A stretch of 61,631 bases of DNA, filler included, from Squatina squatina (lineage: Eukaryota): NCBI GenBank assembly GCA_031763465.1. It is 4 parts of 4 records of this genome, joined end to end, with 100 filler letters (N's around TTAATTAATTAA, not from the genome) between each part and the next. Parts side by side here need not be neighbours in the genome. Positions count along the whole stretch, not along the records: positions 1 to 16,315 come from JARFOE010000203.1; positions 16,416 to 30,215 come from JARFOE010000013.1; 2 more parts are not named here. One strand, given 5' to 3'. Under the pieces are notes generated by a model. That model searched no databases, was not told where the DNA came from, and saw nothing but the letters and a program-made list of their open reading frames with translations. The translations under genes and the position numbers were made by a program. Within the stretch, counting starts at the first letter, position 1. Each line of letters starts with the position of its first letter. This document shows, in pieces, positions 12,151-24,711 of the stretch.

Positions 12151-12399
12151 ATTCTTGAAAGAAAGATAGAAAAAAACACCTTGCATTTATATATCCTCTT
12201 CTCATGCCCTCAGTGCTTTATATCCCATACATTATTTTGAGGTACAATCTCTGTTATTTAGGGAAATGCAGCAGCCAATTTGCGAAAAGGCAAGTCCCAC
12301 AAAATGAAAATTAATGGGAAATCTTTATGGTAGTGATTCAGAGATAAATGCTAAGCAGGATATTGGGAAGAACTCAATGCTCTTTCTTACTCTTCAAGG

Positions 12400-13651
12400 C
12401 AATAGTGACCATAAAATAATAGGTTTTAAGATGATAATTGAGAAGGACATAAGTATGACAAAAGCCAGGGTAATAGATTGGAGAAAAGCTGATTTTGAGG
12501 GGCTGGGAATAGAACTTGGGAAAATAAAATGGACAATATTGGAAAAAAAACAATGTAGAACAGCAATGGGAAACATTTAAAACTGTGTTCAACAGAGCAC
12601 AGGAACAATATATTCGGCTAAAAGGAACGAACAAACTAAACACTAATATGACTCCATGGATGAATAATGCCAATTGAGGGTAAGGAAAAAGGCATAAATT
12701 AAATACATAGGCAGCAGGGGAGTGCATGATAAGGGAGTATACAAAAAGATTCGGAGAGAAGTCAATAAAACAATGAGGAAGGCAAAGAGGAGCTATGAAA
12801 TTAAATTATCAAGGAGCATAAATCAAAATAGTAAAATATTTTACAGGCATATCAATTAAAAAAGGTTGGGATGGGAATAGGGCCATTGAGCGATAGACAG
12901 GATGATACCACAGGTAACGATAGAGAGATGGCAGAAACATTAAATAATTATTTCACTTCAGTATTTACCAGAGAGGTAGAACAGGTGGGTATGACATTGG
13001 TCTAGTAATGATATAAGTGCATTTAAAATAAAAAGAGGGGATATATTAAATAGACGAAGCAAACTCAAAGACGATAAGACCCCTTGTCCAGATGGATTGC
13101 ATCCATGCATTTTAAAAGAACCTAGGGAAGAAATAGCAGAGGTATTATGACACATATTTAATAATTCATTAGGAAAAGGTATAGTGCCAGAGGACTGGTG
13201 GATAGCTAACATAATACCTATATTTAAGATGAGAGATAGAACATGTCCATGGAACTATAGACCAGTCAGCTTAACATCGGTGGTAGGAAAATTCATGGAA
13301 TCCCCAATAATGAGAAAATAGAAGAACATCTAGAGTGCCAATTGGTCAGTGTGGCACTGGCTCTTTAATTTCTCCAGGGCACGGACTTTTTAGCACCAAC
13401 CCCAGAGCAACAGCCTCTGACCCGGAGTTCGGGTATTTGTAATTTTTGGGGGTCAATGCGATGTTGTTGTGCTAACCCGATGCTTCGGACATAGTGCCAG
13501 CAACATGGTGCTGATATCATCAATGCCACATTGCCGAGGCCAAAATACTGGTGAATAGCTAACATAATACCTATATTTAAGATGGGAGATAGAACATGCC
13601 CAGAGAACTATAGACCAGTCAGCTTAAAATTGGAGGCAGGAAAAATAATGG
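12400..13651 (+). mobile_element. Decayed CR1 LINE ORF2 (endonuclease-RT linker)
   Basis: SDHKIIGF, DWRKADFEG, PDGLHPCILKE, NYRPVSLTSVVGK motifs with stops and frameshifts. Confidence 0.9.
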
Positions 13652-14450
13652 NNNNNNNNNNNNNNNNNNNNNNNNNNNNNNNNNNNNNNNNNNNNNNNNN
13701 NNNNNNNNNNNNNNNNNNNNNNNNNNNNNNNNNNNNNNNNNNNNNNNNNNNNNNNNNNNNNNNNNNNNNNNNNNNNNNNNNNNNNNNNNNNNNNNNNNNN
13801 NNNNNNNNNNNNNNNNNNNNNNNNNNNNNNNNNNNNNNNNNNNNNNNNNNNNNNNNNNNNNNNNNNNNNNNNNNNNNNNNNNNNNNNNNNNNNNNNNNNN
13901 NNNNNNNNNNNNNNNNNNNNNNNNNNNNNNNNNNNNNNNNNNNNNNNNNNNNNNNNNNNNNNNNNNNNNNNNNNNNNNNNNNNNNNNNNNNNNNNNNNNN
14001 NNNNNNNNNNNNNNNNNNNNNNNNNNNNNNNNNNNNNNNNNNNNNNNNNNNNNNNNNNNNNNNNNNNNNNNNNNNNNNNNNNNNNNNNNNNNNNNNNNNN
14101 NNNNNNNNNNNNNNNNNNNNNNNNNNNNNNNNNNNNNNNNNNNNNNNNNNNNNNNNNNNNNNNNNNNNNNNNNNNNNNNNNNNNNNNNNNNNNNNNNNNN
14201 NNNNNNNNNNNNNNNNNNNNNNNNNNNNNNNNNNNNNNNNNNNNNNNNNNNNNNNNNNNNNNNNNNNNNNNNNNNNNNNNNNNNNNNNNNNNNNNNNNNN
14301 NNNNNNNNNNNNNNNNNNNNNNNNNNNNNNNNNNNNNNNNNNNNNNNNNNNNNNNNNNNNNNNNNNNNNNNNNNNNNNNNNNNNNNNNNNNNNNNNNNNN
14401 NNNNNNNNNNNNNNNNNNNNNNNNNNNNNNNNNNNNNNNNNNNNNNNNNN

Positions 14451-14752
14451 CAGCCAATTTGCACACGGCAAGACCCCACAAACAGCATTGACATAAATGA
14501 TTGGGTCATCTGTTTTTAGTGATGTTGGTTGAGGGATAAATGTTGGCCAGGACACCAGAGAGAATAGAGGCCGTGGGATCTTTTACGTCCACCTGAGAGA
14601 GCAGTCGGAGCCTCGGTTTAATGTCCCATCCGAAAGACGGCACCTCTGACAATGCAACACCGGGAATGTCGGCCTTCATTCTGCTGCTCAAGAGCGGGAC
14701 TCGAACCCACGACCTTCTGACTCTCGAGGCGAGATGTGCTGCTCACCGAGCC
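14451..14752 (-). mobile_element. Deu-domain SINE copy
   Basis: Reverse complement of the 6066-6470 element, including B box (gggactcgaacc) and core (gggatcttttacgtccacctgagag). Confidence 0.8.
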
Positions 14753-15871
14753 AGGTCTGAAATCAAAGCCTCGTGGATGTCACAGGCCTGGATACTCTCT
14801 GATACTGAGGCGATGAACACTTGCGTTCTGTAGGAGTTAAGCATGGTAATGAGATAACAGAAGCAAATGCCAGAAGATGACATGGTTTTTGATCAGCCTG
14901 TAGCCCACTTCTAAATCTCAGCGTTCATCTGTTTCCCCAGCTGTCGCGTTTCAAGTTAAAATAAACCTTAAATATTAACCTTCTCCCTCTCTAATGCTGA
15001 AAAGACTTTTTTTTTTCACAAGATGTGACAATAAAATGTTCCAGAATCAGATGACACTGGATTCCTTACGTAAAAGGATCTCCCTGACAACCTCTCTTCC
15101 CCAATTAGATTCGCCAACACTCCAAGATTGTCCGTCGCCTCCAGGAATCAAAGATTAATTGCCAGGGCAGTGCGGTAAGTAATCGAGGAGGAAAATCAAA
15201 GAGGCATTTGAAAAAAAGGTGCCTGTTTATTTCATTTCCTTTCAACACTCTCGTTTCTTAGTCATCAAACTATTGGCAATGGGGAAAAATGGAGGTTTGA
15301 CTGACAGCCAAGATTCGTCCAATCAGGTAACAAATCAGCGCTTCCGACATGTCTTCCTTTTCCCTCAGCCGAAGATTCCCTATGGTGGACATGGCCCTCG
15401 ACCGTGTCCGTTCCATTTCCCACACCTCTGCCCTCACCCCTTCTCCTCCCTCCCAGAACCATGATAGGGTTCCCCTTGTCCTCACCTNNNNNNNNNNNNN
15501 NNNNNNNNNNNNNNNNNNNNNNNNNNNNNNNNNNNNNNNNNNNNNNNNNNNNNNNNNNNNNNNNNNNNNNNNNNNNNNNNNNNNNNNGGGGGTGGGGTGG
15601 GGGGTGGATAAGTAACCAGTGAAGTCTTCATTTCTACAACCCCGTGCGTGACAACGAAACCCTCCCGTCACGACCCTAAACCACGGACCACATCTCTGGG
15701 GATCGTGCGTCACAGGGCCACGGCTATGATACGAAGTCAGGCAGCACCGGGAGGGGTGGTCCTCTCTGTGTGCGACGGGCTATATGTATAACCGTGTGTG
15801 GTGGGGAGGGTAGGTGGGCGGGGGCGATGTAGAGTAGTAGCCGCCTCGCCTCCAGTCAGCTGCCCACAGCC

Positions 15872-16294
15872 CTACAAGCTGATGCTGCGGTGGTGTTTGA
15901 AGAGGAAGGAGGGCCGCCTGGGCCGGTCAGCCTCTTGGTTCATGTCATCGCTGTCCAGGCTCACGGCGTCCGACAGTTCCTCCAGGTGCTCCACCGAGTC
16001 AAACTTCTGCAGGTCCGAGGCGATGGTCTGAAAGCTGAGCACGGACAAGGTGTCGGAGGGCGGCCCCTCCGCCCCCAGGGGGGTGCGGGCCGAGGCTCGT
16101 TCCACCTCTGTCTCCTCCGGGTAGGCCGGACAGGCCTCGGCCCCCACCGGGGAGGCCCGGCGGCACCCCAGCCGCTGCAACCGGCGGGCGTGGATCTGCT
16201 CGCTGATCTGCTCCAGGTTCCGCAGGGCGACTGAGTACTTGGTCTTGGCCTGGGACACCTGCTTCTCCAGGGCCGTCACTCTGGCCTTGTGCTC
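15872..16294 (-). CDS. SH3BP5L: SH3 domain-binding protein 5-like, terminal coding exon
   Basis: ccacag|EHKARVTALEKQVSQAKTKYSVALRNLEQISEQIHARR...RRASPVGAEA...SDLQKFDSVEHL...HHRSISL*; matches the recalled human SH3BP5L C-terminus. Confidence 0.95.
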   Translation of the reverse strand, partial: EHKARVTALEKQVSQAKTKYSVALRNLEQISEQIHARRLQRLGCRRASPVGAEACPAYPEETEVERASARTPLGAEGPPSDTLSVLSFQTIASDLQKFDSVEHLEELSDAVSLDSDDMNQEADRPRRPSFLFKHHRSISL

Positions 16295-16315
16295 CTGTGG
16301 GTAGGACGGGTGAGA

Positions 16316-16415
16316 NNNNNNNNNNNNNNNNNNNNNNNNNNNNNNNNNNNNNNNNNNNNTTAATTAATTAANNNNNNNNNNNNNNNNNNNNNNNNNNNNN
16401 NNNNNNNNNNNNNNN
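16316..16415. other. Artificial scaffold-joining linker (N44-TTAATTAATTAA-N44)
   Basis: Palindromic six-frame stop 12-mer at 16360-16371 inside Ns; identical construct occurs three times. Confidence 0.97.
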
Positions 16416-16823
16416 CCTACTCCTGCTCCTAATTCTTATGCTCTTTAAAACGATCAGTAAATAGTTACTTGGCACTACCAGAGATCAGATGGCCTGGTTT
16501 CTGCTTCTCCCTGTCAGGCAGTAATCTTTGTATGTTCTATCCCATAAATGATATTTTAGCTGCCCTGCCAGCAGAAGCTAATAATCTAATACTTCCTGAG
16601 GAGACTCTCAGCTACATTAGTTGCAGATGTCTGATTGATTTTAAGCAAAGAGCCTGACCATCAGATCTCCCCAGACAGCCTCCTGGCCTGTCACTTACTT
16701 GAAGGATTATCTTGGAACTGAAAAAGTGCTCCAGAGTGCATTGAGATTACTAATGGAGATAATTCCACAGCCACTACCCAAAGCTACTAGAGGTAACATA
16801 CATGGCTGCAAAAGAAGGAACGA

Positions 16824-17067
16824 ACTTGCATTTTTATTGCGCCTTTCATGACCTCAGGACGTCCCAAAGAGCTTTGCTGCCAATTATATACTTTTTGAAG
16901 TGTAGTCACTGTCGTAATGTAGGAAACGTGGCACCCAATTTGTGGACAGCAAGCTCCCACAAACAGCAATGTGATAATGACCAGATAATGTGTTTCAGGT
17001 GTTGTTTGAGGGATAAATATTGGCCAGGTTACCAAGGATAACTCCCCTGCTCTTCTATCAAAGTAGT
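16824..17067 (-). mobile_element. Deu-domain SINE, 3' half
   Basis: acttgcatttttattgcgcc...gggataaatattggccagg is the reverse complement of the SINE tail and core. Confidence 0.8.
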
Positions 17068-17167
17068 NNNNNNNNNNNNNNNNNNNNNNNNNNNNNNNNN
17101 NNNNNNNNNNNNNNNNNNNNNNNNNNNNNNNNNNNNNNNNNNNNNNNNNNNNNNNNNNNNNNNNNNN

Positions 17168-17372
17168 ATTGAGTGAGAATGAAGGGAATCTGCAGCCCAT
17201 TGAGTGAGAATGAAGGGAATCTGCAGCCCATTGAGTGAGAATGAGGGGAATCTGCAGCCCATTGAGAGAGAATGAGGGGAATCTGCAGCCCACTGAGTGA
17301 GAATGAAGGGAATCTGCAGCCCACTGAGTGAGAATGAATGGAATCTGCGGTCCATTGAGTGAGAATGAGGGG
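17168..17372. repeat. 31-bp minisatellite (attgagtgagaatgaagggaatctgcagccc), 6-7 copies visible
   Basis: Direct periodicity; runs into a gap. Confidence 0.95.
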
Positions 17373-17595
17373 ATATCTATAGTCCATATCTTGGTGGCAG
17401 TAACCTGTTAGCTGATTAGTGGTAATCATGAGCAGAAAAGAGAGATCAAACAAGAAATTGTTAGTTAAACTTTTGGAGTGGTGGCGTTATCTGGAAACTT
17501 GTGATTTATCTAAACTACTTGCTCAAACCCTCCACATTTGCCTTTTCCTGCTAATTCTTCAAACCTGTTATTTGTACAAAATGTTTTCTACCTAC

Positions 17596-17968
17596 CTTTG
17601 TGGGTATTTAATTGTGTAAGATGCAGCCAAATAGCCTCCAAGGTTATGTCCCAATAAAATCATTCTCTCCATTCCCACCTTAGCCCTCCACTCCTCTATA
17701 GACTCCACAAACTGTGCTTCTGCCATTTCTGAATCACTGCTGAAATGTGGCCTACTACTTTGACCAAATCCCACAAGGTCAAAAGCATACACAGTGCGTT
17801 GTAGGCTAAGTGCATCAAAGTTCAAAGTCCAAAGTCCAACTCCCCCTCCAAATCCATGAATCAGAACAAGTGGAGTTTTGTTAGGCGTATCCTGATTGAA
17901 TATTAGCGTCCATATCTTGTTGCCACTTGGTACCAAAACATACTCTTTTGTAAATTTACTTCTGACAC
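17596..17968 (-). CDS. ABHD5: ABHD5/CGI-58 internal exon (alpha/beta hydrolase)
   Basis: ttgcag|..[62 protein letters not shown]|gtaggt; 373 bp; GHNLG (Asn instead of Ser) distinguishes it from ABHD4; syntenic with ANO10 and SNRK. Confidence 0.95.
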
Positions 17969-18294
17969 CTGCAAAATATAAAGTAGTTAAAATCAATTTG
18001 ATTTGCTTTTCTCAACACTTTCTGAACTTAGCACACTAGCCAAACAATAGGATGATGAATCAGCAATTCGACTTGGATTTAGAGATTCAGCTCAATCTAA
18101 TTTAGTCCGTTCAAAACCCATTAAGCATAAAGCTCTTTTACAGCCTGGATTGTTTGGACAATTGAGCCCACTCTGCCATTCAATAAGATCATGGNNNNNN
18201 NNNNNNNNNNNNNNNNNNNNNNNNNNNNNNNNNNNNNNNNNNNNNNNNNNNNNNNNNNNNNNNNNNNNNNNNNNNNNNNNNNNNNNNNNNNNNN

Positions 18295-18470
18295 CAAGTC
18301 ATTAAATATATTCAAGAGGGAGATGGATATATTTCTTATTGCTATAGGGATATGAGGAGAAAGCGGGAACAGAGTACTGAAGTAGATGATCAGCCATGAT
18401 CATATTGAATGGCAGAGCAGGCCCGAAGGGCAGAATGGCCTACTCCTGCTCCTATTTTCTATGTTTCTAA
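18295..18470 (+). mobile_element. CR1 LINE 3' end
   Basis: gatcagccatgatcatattgaatggcagagcagg...tggcctactcctgctcctattttctatgtttct tail. Confidence 0.8.
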
Positions 18471-18619
18471 TTCGGAATACTTCAGGAGCTAAAAGTCCTA
18501 ACTTTAATAATATTAACAAAAACTCAATGTGGATTTTAAGCGGAGAACACTGCTTTATACTTGTGCTAAATTTTTTCACTGAAAGGAAAGACAGTAATTT
18601 CACCCTCCAGGTGTTAGGA

Positions 18620-20247
18620 AAATAGGAACAGAGGCACAAGAGTAGGCCATTCAGCCCCTCAAGCCTGTTCGGCCATTCAGTGAGATCATGGCTGACCTGT
18701 TACCTAAGCCTATTTACCCACCTTTGCTCCATATTCCTTAATATCCTTGGCTAGCAAAACTCTATGATCTCAGATTCAAAATTACTGCTTTTTTGGCGAA
18801 AGAGCTCCACACTTCTACCACCCTTTGTGTGAAGAAGTGTTTCCTAATTTCTCTCCTGGCTCTGATTTTAAGGTGATGTCCCACCAATTCGTTTCAACAT
18901 CCTCAAAACATCAGTCAAATCACCCCTTAACCTTCTATATTCCAGGGAATACAAGTTTATGTAATCTCTCCATATGATTTAACCCTTGGAGCCCTGGTAA
19001 CATTCTGGTGAATCTGCACAGCACTCCTTTCAAGACCAATATATCCTTTCTAAGGTGTGGTGCCCAGAACTGTACACAGTATTCCAGATGTGGTTTAACC
19101 AGGGCATTGTATCGTATTAGCAAAATTTCTTCCCCTTTATATTCTAGCCCTCTAGATATAAAGGCTAACATTCCATTAGCCTTTTGGATTAATTTTTGTA
19201 CCTGACGACTACATTTTAGTGATCTGTGTACATGGACCCCTAAATCTCCTTGGACCTCCACTGTTCACAGCTTTTCATCATTTAAAGTATACTCGGAACT
19301 ATCCTTTTCTGGTCCAAAATGGATGACCTCACACTTACCCGCCTTGAAATCCATCTGCCACAGTTTTGTCCACTCACTTAATCTATCAATGTCTATGTGT
19401 AATTTTATGTTCCTGCCTGGAATACTTACTCTTCCACCTATCTTTGTGTAATCGGCAAACTTGGATATATGGCTCTTTATTGTAGTAGCTAAGTCATTAA
19501 TAAATATAATAAATGGTTGAGACCCCAGCACAGATCCTTGTAGGACACCACTAGTCAATTACGTCCAATTCGAGTACATACCCATTATCCCTTCTCTCTG
19601 CCTTCTACCGCCTAAACTATCTCCTAAGCAAGTCAATAATTTGCCTTCAATTCCATGAGCTTTAACTTTAGTTAACAGTCTCCTATGTAGACCCTTACTG
19701 AACCCCTTCTGTCGGGCCAAATAAACTGCATCCATAGACATTCCTCTTTCTACTACTTCAGCTACTTCCTCAAAAAATTCAAATAGGTTCATTAGTCATG
19801 ACCTTCCCTTTACAAATCTAAGTTGGTTCTCTCTAATCAGCTCAAATTTCTCTCAGTGCTCAGTCACTCTGTTCTTAATTATAGATTCCAGTAACTTCCC
19901 CACAACAGATGTTAGACTAACAGGTCTATAATCTCCTGGTTTCTCTCTTTCACCTTTCTTAAATAATGGAATTACGTTTGCAATTTTCCCAATCTAAAGG
20001 GACAGTTTCTGAATCAAGAGAGCTTTGGAAGATCATGGCTAAAGCATCTGCAATTTCCTCATCTATTTCCATTAAACCTTCGCGTGGAAACCATCAGGCC
20101 CTGGGAATTTGTCAGTTTTTACTGCCATTATTTTTCCAATACTGTTTTCTAGCTCAGTCAGTTAACTTTAGTGAGTTCCAGTCCTTGGTTCATTATTAGT
20201 TCCCCTGGAATGTCAGGTGTATTATCCCCTTCCTCTACTGTGAAGAA
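18620..20247 (-). mobile_element. CR1 LINE, 5'-truncated, RT to 3' end
   Basis: SGVLQGSVLG, SKFADYTKIGG, WQMDFKAGKCEVIHFG, LVKPHLEYCVQFWAPHLRKDI. Confidence 0.93.
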
Positions 20248-21518
20248 ATGATCCCTCCTTGCACTGTAAAAAATGAATTTTGCAAGCTAATTGACAATAC
20301 TGAGCCTATCTTGCATTGCAAGGCAAAATTTGTAATATCAACTGCACTTGCAAACAAGTCACTTTTGATGCTCAGCCACAATCCAACATTTATGTGTCTG
20401 GTATCTTCTCTCACTCACCTCCATTATAATCTNNNNNNNNNNGCTGTTGGTTCTCTCTTTTCGTTTTCTTTTTCTCATAAAAATTTTGTTGAGGCGCAGG
20501 GTGTTAATACATTAAATAAATGTGTTGCTGATTGCAGTGAGAATGCATGCTACAGTTGGCGAAGTAAAGAGGAAAGGGATCTCAGAAAACGTTAATTAAC
20601 AATCTATTAATCCTTTTCCACTGCTTAATCAACTTCAGGGTTGTGGAAAATCAATGGGAACTCCTGGTACAGGTTATCAGTTAAGGCAGCACAGAATTAC
20701 CCTAAATGTAACTGCTTAATGTCCCCTGGGTCATATATATGTTAATTGAATCTGGTGTGTACTGCATATAATGAATTCTGTTACTAAAAGCAAATTAGAA
20801 TTCCATCCAGATGGCAGCAAAACAACTATTCAGTCATTGAATGAATAATATGTACCTATTTATTAAAAATTGAATTTGAAAAGCCACATTCTTTAAAAGT
20901 ACTGTCACTGATTTCAGGCGTTTACTATAGGAATCCCAGACACTAGTTGTTTCAGCAACCATTAATACACAAGTACATTTTAATACACTTACATAATTGT
21001 TTTAAGCTCTTGTATATGCTGTGCTTAAGCTATTTAATAANNNNNNNNNNNNNNNNNNNNNNNNNNNNNNNNNNNNNNNNNNNNNNNNNNNNNNNNNNNN
21101 NNNNNNNNNNNNNNNNNNNNNNNNNNNNNNNNNNNNNNNNCAGCAAAGCATTACATCATACAACTAGACCCAGTGTTTTGTGTCAAAGGGTTTTGCTTCT
21201 TGTTGTTCGACTTGTGAACGACTTCGTGCAAAATTGGTGATTTTGTTTCAGCTCCTGCATGACCTTCAAACTCTAGGTTTTACGTACGTACTTGTATGTA
21301 GAAATGCACGGAGCAGAGATCTTTTGCAAGTAACTTCATTTGTTGCCCTTGGGGTTATGACTACAGTAAGTCAGAACTGTTTGTTTTTGCTTTAATCAAC
21401 CTGAACGTTCCTCATCAATGTTTTATGTATTTGCACCATTTTTGCACATTGAGTCTTTTGGGTGACAACCTGTGAAAGAAATAATAATCTATTAAGAGCA
21501 ATGTGTATTTTCATCTAG

Positions 21519-21638
21519 TTCGCCGTTTGCAAACCAGTGGACTTTTGGTTCAGCTTTATCCAGTACATGACTCGGCAGAACTGAAAAAGCTCAGCTTCCT
21601 CTGGTATAGACGGATAAAATTTGCCTTTCAGCCTCTTG
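21519..21638 (+). CDS. ANO10: Anoctamin-10 internal exon
   Basis: catctag|(V)RRLQTSGLLVQLYPVHDSAELKKLSFLWYRRIKFAFQPL|gtaagt; 120 bp, phase 1-1; similar to recalled human [30 protein letters not shown]..KYQPI. Confidence 0.85.
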
Positions 21639-22544
21639 GTAAGTCAATAAATGAGGTAGGCCATCAAAGCCTTATTTGCATATGTCGTAATAACTCCGTC
21701 CAATACAATCAGCATTGCAGCCAGATACATGTTAAGTGGATGCACGGTATTTGTTCCCTGGGGCAGTGAGTCAGCCATCACACCTTTGTGCTGCAACAGC
21801 TGGCCAGGAATTACTGTGCTCTGTTCACTGACATTCTATTTCACTGCTGGGATTGATTTCATGCACCTCATTTGTATGTAACTATCCTCCACTCACTGCA
21901 TTTTTCTGGAGAATTTGTCCTGTTTTTATCTGGAGATGTTGCTGTACTTTTGGTCATGAGTTATGTTTGCTGTAGTTAGAATAACAGAATGATACAGCAC
22001 AAAAGGGGGCCATTCGGTCCATTGTGTCTGTGCAGACTCTTTGAAAGAGCTATGCAATTAATCTCACTCCCCTACTCTTTCCCCATAGCCCTGCAAATTT
22101 TTCCCTTTCAATTATTTATCCAATTCCCTTTGTAAAGTTATTATTGAATCTGCTTCCACCACCCTTTCAGCATTGCATTCCAGATCACCACAACTCACTG
22201 CTTTTATATTTGGGGAAAAAAGCACCTCTTCCCAGTACCTGGAATGGTTGCCCAGAGCCCACTTCTCAGCTGCTGAGCATTATCAAGGGGCCTCCTTACT
22301 AGTTATTTCAACACCAAAAGGAATAAGTTTGTAGCGACTCGGTTTTAAATAGACGCAGTTTGCTGAGTAAATAGACATTGGGTGCTGTAAAGTAGACTGC
22401 TGAGAGTCCTGTCATAAGTCCTGTCCATCTACAATGCATTGGCTGATGCAGTGATGTCAATACGGAGTTCCTGCTTTATTTGGGACTGGGCTGCCACTGG
22501 AGAGTCTTGGTCTCGTCCTCAGGAATTCCTGCTCTTAGCGCATT

Positions 22545-24372
22545 CAGTTTGAGGGTGAGAAACTTGGGTCTGAAACTAGTGTCTTAAACTTAAAGGCAAT
22601 TACAAAGGCATAAAGTGGACTCTGAAAATAGATTAAAAGGTAAGACGCTAGATAAGCAGTGGCAGACATGTAAGGACTCTCAAAGATATATTCCAGTGAG
22701 AAAGAAAGACTGAGAAGGATGAACCATCCGTAGCTAACTAAGGAAGTTAAGGGTAGTATCAAATGGAAATAAAAAGCATACAATGTTGCAAAGATTTGTG
22801 GTAGACCAGAAGATTGGGAACATTTTAGAAACCAGCAAAGGATGACTTTTATAAAAAAAAAAGGGAAAAGTAGATTGAGAGTAAACTAGCAAGAAATATA
22901 AAAATAGACAGTAAGAGCTTCTACAAGGAAATAAAAACTGAGAGTAGCTAAAGTTAACCCTTTGAGGATGAGACTGGGGAAAATAATAATGGGAAATGGC
23001 AGAGACATTGAACAAATATATTTTGTATCTGTCTTCGCGGTAGAAGACACTAAAAACAGTCCAATAATAGTAGAAAATCAAGCGGCAAAAGGGAGGGAGG
23101 AACTTAAAACAATCACTATCACTAGAGAAAAATAAATAGGCAAGCTAATGGGTCTAAAGGCTGACCAGTCCCCTGGACCTGATGGCCTGCATCCTAGGGT
23201 CTTAAAAGAAGTGGCTACAGAGATAGTGAATGCATTGGTTGTAATCTTCCAAAATTCCCTAGATTCTGGAAAAGCCCCAGAGGATTGGAAAACTGCAAAT
23301 GTAACGCCCTTATTCAAAAAAGGAGGGAGACAGAAAGCAGGTAACTATAGGCCAGTTAGCCTAATATCTGTCATTGGGAAAATGCTAGAATCCATTATTA
23401 AGGAAGTAGTAGCAGGACATTTGGAAACTCAAAATACAATCAAGCAGAGTCAACATGGTTTTATGAAAGGAAAATTGTGTTTGACAAATTTATTAGAGTT
23501 GTTTGAGGATGTAACAAGCAAGGTAAAAGGGAACCAGCGGATGTAGTATATTTGGATTTCCAAAAGGCACTCGATAATGTGCCACATAAAAAATTATAAC
23601 ACAAGATAGGGGCTCATGGTATTGGAGGTAATGTATTAGCGTGGATAGAGGATTGGTTAATGGGCAGAAAACAGAGAATCGGGATAAATGAGTATTTTTT
23701 AGGTTGGTAGGCTGTAACGAATGGGGTACCGCAAGGATCAGTGCTTGGACCTCAGCTATTCACAACCTATATTAATGACCTAGATGAAGGGACCGAATGT
23801 AATGTTTCCAAGTTTGCTGATGATACAAAGCTAGATGGAACAGTAAGCAGTGAGGAGAACACAAAGAGCCTTCAAAGGAATATAGATAGACTAAGTGAGT
23901 GGGCAATAAGGTGGTAGATGGAGTATAATATAGGGAAATGTGAGGTTATTCATTTCGGTAGGAAGAATAGAAAAACAGAATATTTTCTAAATGGTGAGAA
24001 ACTTTCAAATTCAGCAAGAAATACAGAAAGTTAGCATGCCGGTACAGCAAGCAATAGGAAGTCAATGGCATGTTGTCCTCTATTTCAAGGGGGTTTGTGT
24101 ATAAGAGAAAGGAAGTCTTGCTACAGTTGTACAGGGCCTTGGTGAGACCACACCTGGAGCACTGTGCACAGTTTTGGTCTCTTTATCTAAGGAAGGATAT
24201 ACCTGCCTTGGAGGCAGTGCAATGAAGGTTCACTAGATTGATCCCTGGGATGTGAGGGCTGTCTTATGATGAGAGATTGGTAGAATGGTCCTATGCTCTC
24301 TGGAGTTTAGAAGAATGAGAGGTGATCTCATTGAAACATACAAGATTCTGAAGGGGATCGACAGGGTAGATG
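22545..24372 (+). mobile_element. CR1 LINE ORF2, decayed
   Basis: [56 protein letters not shown]; stops and frameshifts. Confidence 0.95.
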
Positions 24373-24519
24373 NNNNNNNNNNNNNNNNNNNNNNNNNNNN
24401 NNNNNNNNNNNNNNNNNNNNNNNNNNNNNNNNNNNNNNNNNNNNNNNNNNNNNNNNNNNNNNNNNNNNNNNNAGTTTAATATTTAAAAAAAAAATAAATG
24501 TCCTCCTTGTGTCTCACAG

Positions 24520-24711
24520 GGAACCTTTGATGATTACTTGGAATTATTTCAGCAGTTTGGCTATGTCAGTCTTTTCTCATGTGTCTACCCACTGGCAGCT
24601 ATAATGGCAGTTTTGAACAATCTCACAGAATTCTTCGCTGATGCCCTGAAAATGTGTTATGTCTTCAAAAGGCCGTTCTCCGAGCCTGCAGCTGACATGG
24701 GAGTCTGGTTG
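24520..24711 (+). CDS. ANO10: Anoctamin-10 internal exon (transmembrane region)
   Basis: ctcacag|[64 protein letters not shown]|gtaagc; 192 bp. Confidence 0.95.

Noticed and set aside
13582-14555. Long ORFs of about 300 aa in the ORF track (also 1633-2538, 27091-27612)
   Set aside because: Made of N-gap translations or microsatellite
16360-16371. Palindrome TTAATTAATTAA recurring three times
   Set aside because: Always centred in 44+44 Ns; assembly spacer with stops in all six frames
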